A program made the translations under genes and the position numbers. A model generated the notes under the pieces. The model had not been told where the DNA came from. It did no database searches and saw only the letters and a program-made list of their open reading frames with translations. This document shows, piece after piece, positions 50,545-63,576 of a stretch of DNA of 64,000 nucleotides. Each line of letters begins with the position of its first letter. Position 1 is the stretch's first letter. Origin of the DNA: Felis catus. Its lineage: Eukaryota. The stretch lies in NCBI RefSeq assembly GCF_018350175.1, contig NC_058368.1, positions 163,558,001 through 163,622,000 on the forward strand. The letters run 5' to 3'.

Positions 50545-53500
50545 TAGTTTCTGAACTGTTTTTTTTCAACACCTAAAGAAAAATCAACCTAAAACTCCAT
50601 TCTGGATTTGAAAGCAGAGGAGCCTTAACGTAATCATCCAACTCTTGCTCTGGTGCTGATGTGCAAGTCTAGGAAGTGGTCAGTAATTTCATAGTAAACA
50701 AACTGTAGTAACTACACTAGTAACAAAGAGGAACGAAGATTTTCCCACCAACTGCTTTTTATTCTGGAAAAGAATGAGTATATAAAAGTGAATATTCATA
50801 ATTAAAAAAAAAATAAAGATTTTGGCTAAGTGTTTAGGAAGAACAAAGTACTTGTAATACTGCAATAGGTTAATGACTGGAAGGGGAAAAGAGCCACTTC
50901 ATGTACTTTCTGCATAGAAAATTAACAGATTAATCAAGACTGTTAACAATTGGAAATCATCAGGCTTTGGCTGAGGAATTACAAAATAGATATGTGAAAA
51001 TTTATTTTTTGAATAGGCATTAATTTTGCATAGTTCAAAATTGGAAATATACAGAAGAGTATATTTCAAATTTACCTCCCACTGTGTTCCCCAGCCATCA
51101 TCTTTCCTTTCCATCATCTTTCCTCCCTGGGGGCAACTAATACTTTCCACTTCTTGGCTATGCTTCTAAAAATATGTTCTAAATATGCAGATGTGCTGCT
51201 TTTAAATCCAATATTTTAACGTTTGTTATTTTGAGTTATTTTGCAGTTATAGGAAATAATACAGAGAGATTCCATGAACTCTTTAGCCAGTTTTCCCCAC
51301 TGGTAACTTACAGTATAGTGCTACGTGGTACTATATTATGGTGCAATATCACAGCCTTAACCCCTGGCAACCATTAATCTCTTCTCCATTTCTATAATTT
51401 TGTCATTTCAAGAATTTCCTATTTATGGAATCATACAGATTGTAAGATTTTGAGATTGGCTTTTTTGTTTCAGTACAATTCTCTGCAGATTGTTGCATGA
51501 ATCTATAGTTTTCTCCTTTTTATTGCCGAGTAGTATTCCATGGTATGGTTACATCACTGTTTAACCATTCACCCATTGAACAACACCTGGGTTGTTTCCT
51601 GTTTCTGACTATAATGAATAATGCTGAGCATTATTATGAAGGCTATAAGTATTCATGTAGAGTTTGTTGAGTAAATGTAGGTGTTCGTTTCCCTGGAAAA
51701 AGTGCTCAGGAGTGTAATCGCTGGGTCATATGTAGCTGCATGTTTAATTTTTTCCAGAGTGTTTTTCCAGATTGTTTTCCACAGTGGCTCTGCCATGTTA
51801 CATTTTTACTAGCAATGTGAATGATTCAGTTTCTCCACATCCTCACCAGCATTTGGTGTCGTCACTATTTGTTATTTTAGCCATTATGATAGTTATGTAA
51901 GTAGTATCTCATTGTGGTTTTACTTTGCATTCCCATAATGGCTAGTGATCTTTCCATGTGCTAATTTGCCATCTGTATATCCTCTTTGGTGAAATATCTC
52001 TAAATATCTTTTGCCTATTTCTAATTGGATTGAGTTTTTTACGGTTGAGTTTTAAACATTTATAATGTATTCTAGATTCCAGTTCTTCATTAGGTATATG
52101 ATCTGTAAATATTTTCTCCCCATCTTCAGTTTGTCTTTTGATCCTCTTAACAGGGCTTTTAGCAGAGCGAATGTTTTTAATTTTAATGAAGTCCACTTTA
52201 TTAGTTTTTCATCTTATGAATCATGTTTTGCATGTTTTAGCTAACAGTTTAGCGTTTTTGAAAAGTTTTATAGTTTTTATAGTTTTATGTTTTACATTTA
52301 AGTTCAAGATTCATTTTTAGTTAATTTTTGCAGAAAGCGTAAGACACGTTGAGCTTCAATTTTCTTTTCCAAGACGTCCGATGGCTTGGAGCAATATTTG
52401 TTCTAAAGGCTATCTTTCCTCTGTTGAATTGCTTTTGCTTCTATGTCAAAAATCAGTTTCCAAAGGAGTAGACTGATTCTCTCTGCTTTATTCTTCTTTG
52501 TTAAGATCTTTTTTTTTAAGCTGTTCTAGGGACTGTGCCTTTCCATATAGATTATAGAATAAACTCATCTCTGTCTACAAAAAACCTTATTGGGACTTTG
52601 GTAGGGACTTCATTAAACCAGCAGATCAATTTAAAGAGATCTGACATCTTTACTAGGTTGAATCTTCCAATCCGTGAACACAGTATGTCTCTCTGTTTAT
52701 TTCGATCTTTGATTTCTTTCATCAACATTTTATAGTTTTCAACCTATAAGTCCTATACCTATACCTAGATATTTCTTTTTTGAGTGATTGTTATTGATAC
52801 TGTATTTTAAATTTTGGTTTCCATATACTCATTACAGGTACACAGAAATACTGTAGACTTTTGTATGTATATCTTGTATATTGAGGCCTTGTTGAACTCT
52901 TTAAATGGTTCTAGGAACTTGTTTGTTTATTTGTTTTTGTTTGTAGATTTCTAGGGATTTTCCATAGAAAATTAGGTCATCTGAAAATAGAAGTAGTTTT
53001 CTTTCTTGTATTCCAATCTTTTCTTGCCTTATTGTACTGGCTAGAAATTCCAGCACAATTTGAAGATGAGTAGTGAGAACAATTTTGTATTTTCCCAAGT
53101 GCTTAGGGGAAAGCATTTCATCTTCCACTATTAATATCATATTAACTGTAGCTTTTTTTATAGATGCTCATTATCAAATTGAGAAAGTTCCTCTTCATTC
53201 CCATTTTCTATGAGCTTTTTTAAAAATCATGAATAGCTGTTGAATTTTGTCAAATGCCTTTTCTTTATTAATTGATGAGATCATATGAGTTTTCTACTTT
53301 AATATATTACTATGATGGATAACATTGATTGATTTTTAAGTATCAAGCCAGCCTTTCATCCCTGATATAAACTCACTCGGTCATAGTGCATACTTCTTTT
53401 TATATATCACTGATTTTTATTTGCTAATATTTTGTTGAGTTTTTTTACAACTATATTCATGAGGGATATTTGTCTACAGATTTCTTTTTTTAGTAGTGTC

Positions 53501-53605
53501 TTTTTCTGGTTTTGGTATCAGAGTACTATTAGCTTCATAAAATGAATTGGGAAGTGTTCATTCCTCATCCCTTTTCTGAAAGGGACCACAGAGTTGGTAC
53601 TAATT

Positions 53606-53651
53606 CTTTTTTTTTTTTTATGTTTATTTTCATGTTTATTTATTTATTTTT

Positions 53652-53696
<45 letters not shown>

Positions 53697-53879
53697 TGCA
53701 AGTGGGGGAGGGGCAGAGAGAGAGGGAGACACAGAATCCAAAGCAGGCTCCAGGCTCTGAGCTGTCAGCACAGAACCTGACACGGGACTGGAACTCACAA
53801 AATATGAAATTGTGACCTGACCCAAAGTTGGATGCTTAACTGCTTACCCGCTTAACCAACTGAGCCACCCAGGCACCCC
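53606..53879 (-). mobile_element. CAN-SINE within L1, TSD TGGTACTAAT
   Basis: Antisense body with a rearranged 5' junction (see findings). Confidence 0.93.
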
Positions 53880-54769
53880 TGGTACTAATTAGTACCAGGC
53901 ACCCTTGGTACTAATCCTTTAAATGTATGATAGAGGTTTTAGGAGTTCTCTCAACCCAGATATTGCTTTTTGGAAGCTGTAAAGTTATGAATTAAATTTC
54001 TTTAATAGTTACATGGTTGTTCTTATCTACTTCATATTGGGTATATTTGGGTAGTTTATATTTTTCAAGGAATTGGTCCATTTCATTTAAGTTGTCCAAT
54101 GTATGAGTATAGAGTTGTTCATAGTATTTTCTTACTGCCCTTTTAATGTCTTCAGGGTCTACAGTGACATCCTCTGTTTTATTCCTGATTTTGATCATTT
54201 GGATTTTCTTTTTTTTTTTAGTTTTGCTAGAAACTGAGTTTTACTGATACTTTCAAAGAACCAGCTTTCCATTTCATTCATTTTCTCTATTGTTTTCTGT
54301 TTCAATTCCATTGATCTCTGTTCTGATTTTTGCTTTGGGTTTATTTTGCTCTTTTTGTTTGTTTGTTTGTTTTTAGATTCTTAAAAGAAGAGATTATTGA
54401 TCTGAGATTTTCCTCTTTTCTAATGTACCCTTTTTAGTGCTACAAATTTCCTTCTCAGAACTGCTTTACCTGTGTCCCACATGTTCTGAAATGTTGTATT
54501 TTCATTTTCACTCTGTTAAATAAATGTATTTTTAAAATTTCCCTTAAGACTTCCTCTTTGATTAATGGATTATGTAGAAATTTGTTGTTTTGTTCCAAGT
54601 GTTGGGCATTTTCTGGTTTTCTTTGTGGTATTGATTTCTAGTTTGATTTCCTTGTAGTTGGAGGAAATGCTCTGTATGATTTGTTGTTTTAGATTTGTTC
54701 AGATTTGATTTATGAACCAGGATAGTCCTTCTTGGTGTATGTTCCATGGGCATTTGAAAAGACTGTACA

Positions 54770-54978
54770 AGTGCCCCTGCGTGGCCCAGTCAGTTGAGCG
54801 TCTGGCTCTTGATTTCGGCTCAGGTCATGATCTTGCTATTCATGACATTGAGCCCCATATTGGGCTCTTGTGTTAACAGCCTGGAGCCTGCTTGGGGTTC
54901 TCTCTTTCTCTCTCTCTCTGTCCCTCCCCTGCTCATGCTCTCTATCTCAAAATAAATAAAATAAAAATTAAAAAAAAA
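54770..54978 (+). mobile_element. CAN-SINE within L1
   Basis: Head, (CT)n and tail. Confidence 0.88.
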
Positions 54979-55389
54979 GTTGTACATTCTTCTGTTCTTG
55001 GGTGGAGTGTTCCATAGATGTCAGTTACAGCCTGTTGGGTGATGTTGTTATTGATCCTTGCTGATTTATTGTCTAGTTGTTCTATCAGTTCTTAATAGAG
55101 GGGTGTTGAGGTCTTCAACTGTAAGTGTATGTTTGCCTATTTCTCTTTTCAGTTCACCAGCTTTTGTTTTACGTAATTTGCAGCTCTCCTATTTGGTGTA
55201 TTGCACAGTAGTCTCTGGGTATATTGACCATTTAATCATCTTATAATGCCCCTTTCTATCAATTTTCTTTGATCTGAAGCCTACTTTATCTAATATTAAT
55301 GATGCTACTCTTGTTTTCAACAATATTTGCATGATGTATCTTTTTTTTTCATTCTTAAACTTTCAACCTACTTATATCATATATTTGAT

Positions 55390-56245
55390 AAAGGACCCTA
55401 AATATAAATGACTGATAATGTGTGAGGCTTAGTAGGACAGTCCTCGACCTTAGAAATATTCTTTGGCTCCGAGTGTGTGCTAGAACAGGAGAGGGCTAAA
55501 GGGAGGATTCAAGTGTATAGGACAGGGCCATCCCATCTATGGACATGTTGTGCACTGCAGCCTGCTGCTGTAGGTGATAGTTCTGGGAAGGGACAATAGA
55601 AACCTCTGTGGATAATTGCATATAAACCAAAGGACTTCCTCCCACTGCCTGTCATCACCACCTACCCATGGCCTGGAATGGAACTCTTGGAACTCTGACC
55701 CTACCCAAGGGAGTGTGGAAAATCTTGAAGAAAGACTGAAGCCTTGAAAGTGAAATAAAAAGATGTGCTGATCTGGGGTCTGTTTGCCCTTAGATGCACA
55801 CCCCATGCCCTTCCCCTGTTTGCCTCCATGTTGCAGAAGGGCTAAGCCCTGAAGGGTGTTTTCCTGGTTCTCATGATGGCAGGAGTCTACATTTGGCTAA
55901 ATGTCAGGCACTGGCAGGATATCAGAGGGCAGGAGGAGAGGAGAACCTATGTACACTTCCCCCTTTTCCCTGCCATAAAGGACTACTTGGTAGTAGCTGT
56001 TTCTCCTCTGTGGCCATAGCTCCCAGGTTGGCCATAGCTCCCAGTTTGGCCATACTTTTGGGTCCCTGGGCTCCAGTAACCCTCTCTACTTCCCTTATTT
56101 CTCCAGCAAGGGTCTATGCTCACTTCACCAACCCCTGTTTAGCTTCTGAGTTCTTCCGTTGCCTGTGTTATCCTTTCCTTGTGTTTAGTTGTCTGTTTGG
56201 AAAAACTTGAAGTGGTCTCTATTTTCCTAGTTAGCCCCTGATGCA
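55390..56245. mobile_element. Probable old LTR element, family not determined
   Basis: Higher-GC block with an LTR-like layout; contains an 18-bp tandem duplication TGGCCATAGCTCCCAG(G/T)T at 56011-56046. Confidence 0.35.
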
Positions 56246-56309
56246 AACAAAAGGGTTTAGAGGAAATGTGCAATGTGGTATTTCTTACACACTTGGCTTT
56301 GTAGTTTCT

Positions 56310-56771
56310 CTTTTCTTTTTTTTTTTTTTAATTTTTAAATATTTATTTATTTTTTTTTAATTTTTTTTTTCAACGTTTATTTATTTTTGGGACAGAGAGA
56401 GACAGAGCATGAACGGGGGAGGGGCAGAGAGAGAGGGAGACACAGAATCGGAAACAGGCTCCAGGCTCTGAGCCATCATCAGCACAGAGCCCGATGCGGG
56501 GCTCGAACTCCCAGACCGCGAGATCGTGACCTGGCTGAAGTCGGACGCTTAACCGACTGCGCCACCCAGGCGCCCCAATATTTATTTATTTTTGAGAGAA
56601 AGAATGTGAGCAGGGGAGGGGCAGAGAGAGAGGGAGACACAGAATCTGAAGCAGGCTTCAGGCTCCAAGCTGTCAGCACAGAGCCCTACCTGGGGCTCAA
56701 ACTAACAAACCATGAAGTCATGACCTGAGCCGAAGTCCAGCGCTTAACAGACTGAACTACCCAGGCGCCCC
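56310..56771 (-). mobile_element. Young CAN-SINE (56355-56576) nested in the tail of an older CAN-SINE
   Basis: Inner TSD AATATTTATTTATTTTT at 56338-56354 and 56577-56593; outer TSD TGTAGTTTCT. Confidence 0.93.
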
Positions 56772-57381
56772 TGTAGTTTCTGTTTTATATCCACTATGTT
56801 ATTATCAAATTTACCTATCCTGTTCTCGTAAGCTGGCTGTTTGCTATTTACTATTTACATCATAAATACTATTTACATCAATGTATAATCCTTCCCAGAC
56901 AACCGTCATTTTAAAGTGATTTTTCTGGGGAGGCTAGCTTGAGGCAAAGATGGCCTTTCAGATCACAAGGTCTATTCTACCTTTGTCCCTATTGTTTATA
57001 AGCACAGCATTTTTCTTTGTAGATTGAATAGATCATCTTCACAGAATATGGGAAAGCTCTGGCAAGAGCTTCCACATTCCCCACCTCCCTTGAGCTTCAG
57101 CCCCTACAAGCCACAACACATCTGAATTAAGGCAGTCCCAGTCAGAGTCTTTAGGTGGCACAGACATGTCACTGAGGGGCCACACATAAAGCTATTATTA
57201 GTCATTAACCGCCTCACGAATTGGTTTATTAGGTAGGTGTTCTATGTGACAATCCTAGACTGAAGTTTTGATTGGATGAGGAGTTAAGGCAAGGATGCAA
57301 GCACCACCCAAGGAGCAAGGCAATTTGGAGACAATGCTCTCCTAAGAGGGTTAGCCTGGAGCCTAATAAACTCAAGGGCAA

Positions 57382-57612
57382 GGGCACCTGGGTGGCTCAG
57401 TCATTTGAGCATCTGACTCTTGATTTCAGCTCGGGTCATGATCTTGCAATTCGTGGGATGGAGCCCTGCACTGGGCTCTGCACTGTCATGACAGCAAGGA
57501 GCCTGTTTGGGATTCTCTCTCTCTGCCCCTCCCCTGCATGCCCCTTGAGCACAGGTGCTCGCTCTCACTCTGTCTCTGTCTCTCTAAATGAATAAACTTA
57601 AAAACAAAAAAA
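57382..57612 (+). mobile_element. CAN-SINE
   Basis: Imperfect TSD AAACT(C/T)AAGG(G/A)CAA. Confidence 0.9.
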
Positions 57613-57985
57613 CTTAAGGACAAATCAGCAGCACTTTGTTGCTTTTGGTCAAAAAAACATCGCTAAACGTTCAGAGCAAAGAGCAAGTACAAGGCATTCT
57701 TCTGAAAAGGTTTTAAGATTTCAGACAGGACAGAATGAAAGGAAGTTTCCTAATATAATATACACATTGTTTTGGAAGTGGTTTTATGAGAATGATCATC
57801 AGAACAATTCACTGCTGTGTCACACAGATTATAATCTGCAATAACTTTCAGTGTGTTCTCCTGAAGTACTGATGCAAAAAAAAAAAATCCATTCGTTTAT
57901 TTGATACTTAGTATGTTGTGCCAGGTTCTATATTTGAGAAGTTATGTACACATCTACATTTGAAATAAAATAATTTATGTTTTTT

Positions 57986-58430
57986 GGGGCACCTGGGTAG
58001 CTCAGTCCGTTAAGCAACCGACTTCATCTCAGGTCATGATATCGTGGCTCGTGGGTTCGAGCCCCACTTTGGGCTCTGTGCTGACAGCCCAGAGCCTGGA
58101 GCCTGCTTAGATACTGTGTCTCCCTCTCTCTCTGCTCCTCCCCCACTCACGCTCTCTCTTTCTGACTCTCAAAAGTAAATAAACATTTTAAAAAATTTTT
58201 AAGGGGCGCCTTGGTGTCTCAGTCGGTTAAGCGACCGACTTCAGCTCAGGTCAGTATCTCACAGTTCGTGAGTTCAAGCCCCACGTCGGGCTCTGTGCTG
58301 ACAGTCTGGAGCCTGTTTCAGATTCTGTGTCTCCCTCTCTCTCTGCCCCTCCCCTGCTCATGGTCTATCTCTCTCTGTCTCAAAAATAAATAAAAACATT
58401 AAAAAAAATTAAACATTAAAAAAATTTTAA
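57986..58430 (+). mobile_element. Two head-to-tail CAN-SINEs (57986-58200, 58203-58430)
   Basis: Two heads; outer TSD TAATTT(A/G)TGTTTT. Confidence 0.93.
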
Positions 58431-59259
58431 GTAATTTGTGTTTTCTAAAATTGTTCTTTAGAGAATATTCTTCAAAGTCTTCTTCTCCCTCTAACTTCCC
58501 ATACTTACTTTAGGACACATAGAGGTAGTATAAAATGTCTTCTAGCGGAGAAGCCGATGGGCATCGCTCTTTTGAAACAGGGGTGTTCGGGTTTATTTGT
58601 TTTTATGTTATCAGAAGCATATACAGATTTGGGAACAAGTTTGAATCAAGATTTGTTTAAATTTGTTTTAAGTTTATGCCTTTTGTGTTCACATAAAGTA
58701 TTTTGTTAAAAAAAAAAAAGAAAGAAAGAACAGTAACAACTCTCTTGGATTGAGACTGGAACATAAATTAGCAACATCTATGAACAAATTCGTGTTTCCA
58801 GTGGCTGGGTTCAGACTCAGCTCAGGCACTAAGTACAAGTGTGACCTCGAGGAAGTTAAACTTTCCAAACCTTTAGGATGTGGATAATCGGTCACTCCCT
58901 CACAAATTTGTCGGGAGGTGTAAATTTGGAAATGCACGTGTAAAGTCTTGGCATATATTCTTATCACAGAGTTTGTGAACCTGTTTGGCGGAGGAGATGC
59001 ATATGAATTGAGAACAGAAAATCTTGATCAAAGAAAAGAATTTCTTACAAGAATGGAAAAGATCAAGCCTGAGGCTTCAAAAATAGCTAATCCAATCAGA
59101 ATGTGAATTTGAATTCACCTCACTCCATTCCCTAGATATTTAGCAGTTTTCTAAGATTTGAAGGGTCAAATTTGTAATTTCATGGGCTTTCAGTCTGCTC
59201 AGGGCTGAGTCCTTTAAGCAGAGACTCACGAATGACAAACATCACCACACCACCTGAGG

Positions 59260-60700
59260 AAACGTACGTGCAGCCTAGGCCAGCGAGTCGGAGCTCCTCA
59301 GTTGGGCTGAAGGTTTGGACTGGGAGGAGGTGTTACGACTCCTCCTCCCCTTCCCAGTCCGCAACTCCCCCGCCCCCGCCAACTACTTCGGGCCTCTTAG
59401 CGCCTTTCTCCGGCCGGCCCGCCCTTCCTCCGGGTGTCAGAGCAGGGCGCAGGAGGCGGGCCCAGCGCAGACGGGCTGCGCCTCCGCAGCCGGAGGGAGG
59501 AGGGCGGGAAGGCGGGCGGCGGCGGAGGAGGAGGAGGCGGGGACTACGCCGGGCGGTAGCTGGCTCCGAGCGCGGTGGGAGAGGAGAGGGTACCCGGCTG
59601 GCTCGGCTGGCGGCCTCTGCCCGGATCTCGGCGCCGCAGCCCTGCGCCTCTCCCGCCCTTCTTTCCGGCTCTGCGGCCCAGGCGCGGCGGAGGTGGCAGA
59701 GCCCTGGGCCACCGGTAGGTTGCACGGGGACGGCCGTTCCGCCTGCAACCTTTTGTGCTGCAGAAAAGGTGGTGGTGATGGGTGGGTGGGTTGGGGGGTG
59801 CTCCAGTCACTGAGCTCCGGTGCCAGCCCAGTCGCGGCACCGCCCCTTCCTCCCTGCCTCGTGTCGGGGCCGGGCGCGCGGTGCCCGCGGTGCCCGCGCG
59901 GTGCCGGGGAACCCCAGGCGGGCGGGTCGGCCTCGGGGTGGACGACGAGGCGACCCCAGGGGCCCCGAACCTCGGCGGGCTGGTCCCTGAGCGTCCGAGC
60001 TGGAGGCTGGGGTCTGGTGAACTGGGTGGGGCCCCTACGGGGTGCGGGGAGCCCGCGGCTGCTTGGCACAGGGGTGGGGCTGGAGACGCCGTGAGTGTGC
60101 AGCGCGTGTGAGTGTGCGGGGGCGTGCGCCCCCGTGTGCGCGCGGCGTGCGCTCGCCGGGGAGGTGCGGGGACTCGGCGAGCCGGAGCGCCTCTCCCGCG
60201 GTGCGGCGGTGCGGAAGTCCAGGCGCGTTGGCGCGCACGCTGGTTCCTCCGCCGGCGTGCCCGCACCGCGGGGCAGACGGCCTCGGGGCCCCATTGAGAA
60301 GTAGCTCTTTCCCCGGCCTGCTGCGCCTCTGGCGGCGCGCCACGGCCGCGCGCCTGGTGCGACTGCCCCGGCCAGATAGCGCCCACGGGCGAGCCCTGAA
60401 GGTCTTATCTCGCCGGCCCTCCTCGCCCCCACTGCAATCCTGGGGGTGAGGTCGCCTGAGAGCCCGCAGCCCGCGCCCGCTGCGCGTCTGCGGGTACAGC
60501 GGGGGCGGACAGGCCGGCAGTGCCGGGAGGGGCGCGCTTGTAGATTGGGGCGGGTTGCTGGCCAGAATCGAAAGCGGCAGATTTGTTGTTGGGCATTGCC
60601 GCCCTCTCCCCACCTGTCGCGGGTGGACTTTTGTAGGGCGGGTGATAAGCGGGGGAAAGGGGTTTCCAGGCGGGCGGCAGTCAGACGCTGAGCAGGCGGC
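59260..60700 (+). promoter_or_regulatory. MACIR: CpG-island promoter, probably MACIR (C5orf30)
   Basis: Very GC- and CpG-rich 1.4 kb with multiple GC boxes (GGGCGG/GAGGCGGG) and (GGC)n/(GGA)n tracts. The gene name is inferred only from the recalled order PPIP5K2-MACIR; no MACIR coding sequence is in the window. Confidence 0.78.
59545..59714 (+). other. MACIR: Putative non-coding exon 1 (5' UTR) of MACIR; start is approximate
   Basis: Donor CCG|GTAGGT at 59715 just downstream of the GC-box cluster; no ATG in the exon. Confidence 0.55.
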
Positions 60701-63159
60701 CCCATTGTGAAGCTGCCAAACTCTCTCTAGTGGTGGAATCTGCAAATCTGCCAGCAAGGAGATGGGAACATGAAGGGAATGACGGCCCCGTCCTTTTCCC
60801 CTTGCAAGTGTTCCACGTCCTTAGGGTTTTTCTGCTTCTCCACCCACTTCGGTTTGCATCCGGGTGGGTTACTGATGAGTGTCGAGCCAAGATGCTGACA
60901 GTGTCTGTGCATGGTGGTTGTATATAGGTAAAACCGGGGCTGGGAACTTTTTAATCATTTGAGGAAGAATGGAGGCAGTAGCATTTAATCGCATGCTTGC
61001 TACTCCTAGCCCAAAGAGCAATTCTTGCAAAACATTTCTGACGTTACTAGACTTCATTTTACGTTGTTTTTCTCAGATGAGCCACTCTACAATTTAGAGT
61101 TGTTAGTTGCTTTGTATGTTTTTTTTAACCCTGTAGAAGTTACACTCTCAGGGAGATATAAATGATCTCTTCTCAGTTTATTTTCCCAGTGATTTCAAAA
61201 TAAAGTGTTGGTTATTATTGCAGAAACTTTTGGTACTTTATTAATTAAAGGCCATGCTTTGTGCTTACAGTTATGTTTAATGAATGTTTCACAGATTTCA
61301 GTGTTTTTATCATGTAACTGTGTATGCATTATAAACTTAATAAAATGTCCAGGATGAAATACAAGGATTAATGAGCCCCTAGACCTCTTGATTTGATAAG
61401 AATGGTGTATAGAAAATGCTTCTGTCAGCATTTTAGTTAATTGCAAATGATGAGACTGTTTAATAGTGACTATTCCAAGATATAAGATACATAGGATATT
61501 CATTGACCTTGCATAATGGTCAGTAAATTTGTTTACCTTCTCTGTGTAGCTTTGTATGCTTTGGGAAGCTATTGTACACTCTTAAAAGTATGTAGTGTGG
61601 TAGAAGTGATAAAACTTTGTATACAGTGTTTAAATTTTCTTTGCTGTTGCCAATTTATATCCTCTGGGGGAAGAATCACCTCTTTCCTCCAGAGAGAACT
61701 CTTGATTTCATCACAGGCCTATCAGAAGAAGTTTCTGGTTTTAAGCTTTCATGTGGAAGGTTAGCCATTTCCACCGTGTGCACCTGTCCCATTTCGGTTA
61801 TGTTTCCTAGGAGGCAAATTTCTTGTAAAGACTGCGTGTAGACCTCCAGTTCCAGTTACCATCAGTCATATTTGTAGTGAAACTCCCATTTTTTTTTTCT
61901 AAAAGTAGAAGGTGACTTCACATAATGGTAAGACAACATTGGTAATCTAGCTTTAATTTCTACTAGCAGAAACAGGGGGAAATGAATGCTGCACTTTGAG
62001 GGGGTTGCTATTGAAAGAACTGATACTAGCAAGAGAAACACATTTTTGTCTACTGAACCAATTATGGGTTGTCTTACCACCCTGGTGAGATTAGTGATTT
62101 GTTTGTAAGGTCAAGGATGGTTTCAGAACAGTCACACTCAACAGCTCTTAAAATTTTTGATGTTAGTTTTTATGAGTTACGAATGGAAAAGTAAGATTAA
62201 AGTAATCTTTAAGAGGATCATGTAGGGTAGGCACAGCTAAGCATTTTGTTTTCATTGTGTGTGTTGTGCTTTAGCAGCTAACCTGTTTTATTTCTGCTCA
62301 GTGTTTTGTGACTTGAGAGATGTTTTGGTCTGTGTCTTTTTTGTTTTTAGAGTAATATTTGAGACTGGTGGTTGCAAAATATTTTCATTAATCTGAATGC
62401 GACTTTTAAAAATAGCTGTTTTTTTTTTTTCCAGGTGCTTTTTTAAAATACTGATTGGTCCTCAAAGAGCTACTCTGAGAAATACTCCCTGTTTCCTTTT
62501 TTTTTCTTTGTGTTTTTGAATCTAGAATTAGAACCCATAACCTCTACTCTACCAGTTTCCTTTGCCCAAAATTTATCTTTTCATAACATAATCTTTAATG
62601 ATTAGTGGGATTTATTTACCAGAATTTTGCAAGGGCTATTTCCTGGCCTTCATATTTATAACCATATGGTTTGGAAGTGATAGATGTTAATTTTTTTTCT
62701 TACTGCTATTTTGTTAGTGGATCTGTGCTGAAGTCTGATACTTAGGGCTTTTTTGAGTGTAGAGATTTTGTGTGTGGGTTTGAACATTTCCATGTGGGAG
62801 CTTTCTGCATTTGGGGGAAAAAAAAACACTCCCTTCTCTGGGTTCCCAGGGCCATTCAGGTTTCCTGTTCTGTGTATTAGATGTATATTATTTCCATGTC
62901 TGTCTGTCTTTCCTTCCAAGCTTCACTTTTTCTATTTGCCCCAGTGCCTGTACAATGCTGAGATATAATAAAACTCCAGAAATACTGTTGAATGACAGAA
63001 TGAGTAAATGAATAATTGAATGGCTCAATGGATACACCCAAAGAAATACTCCTCAGATCTGTATGGGAAGTCACTGTGCAAGCAGAAGGGGCTTTCTTTC
63101 CCTTTCCCCCCCTGTTTTAATTCATTGCCTTTTCATTGTTAAATATTACTTTTGAGTAG

Positions 63160-63262
63160 AATAACAATGTAATTGCCAAACTGGGACACTTTTGAGAGAT
63201 AAAGGGCGTGCTATAAATAATTATGCCAGAGAACGGGCTCTGACAGAGACATGGCCACCCTA
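63160..63262 (+). mobile_element. MER94-like (hAT-Blackjack) element
   Basis: caaactgggacacttttgagagataaaggg...aataattatgcc...atggccacccta matches the recalled consensus. Confidence 0.65.
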
Positions 63263-63357
63263 CTTTTGAAGGACATTCTTCTTTATTTACCTGTTTTGCT
63301 ATCTATCACCTTGCCTGTGAAATTTGACACACTTCCTAGTTAATGTTTGCAAACTTT

Positions 63358-63576
63358 AAAAAAAATTTTTTTTAATGTTTTTAGTTATTTTTGAGACAGA
63401 GAGAGACAGAGCATGCACATGGGAGGGTCAGAAAGAGGGGAGACACAGAATCTGAATAGGCTCCAGGCTCTGAGCTGTCAGCACAGAGCCTGACGCGGGG
63501 ATCAAACTCATGGAGTGTGAGATCATGACCTGAGCTGAGGTTGGACGCTTAACTGACTGAGCCATCCAGGCGCCCC
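63358..63576 (-). mobile_element. CAN-SINE with TSD GTTTGCAAACTTT
   Basis: TSD at 63345-63357 and 63578-63590. Confidence 0.95.

Larger units (their letters stand above)
51220..55385 (-). mobile_element. LINE-1 (L1M-type) 3' UTR and ORF2 remnant, about 4 kb, with two SINE insertions
   Basis: Minus-strand peptides MDFIKIKN...VKRIKRQ..GEKIF and KYYEQLY...LDNLNEMDQFLEKYKLPK are L1 ORF2-like. Many stops. Confidence 0.92.

Noticed and set aside
50229..50576. ORFs with YIYI/HTHT runs
   Set aside because: Translation of the (TA)n/(CA)n microsatellite inside the Tigger element.
51942..54753. L1 ORF2-like peptides
   Set aside because: Fragmented and full of stops; not an active retrotransposon or host gene.
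59232..60757. Long overlapping ORFs (193-422 aa) on both strands
   Set aside because: Stop-codon depletion in a GC-rich CpG island; low-complexity R/G/A/P composition and no recognisable domain.
62419..62440. T-tract plus ccAG as a possible MACIR exon 2 acceptor
   Set aside because: No convincing downstream donor found; cannot be supported from sequence alone.
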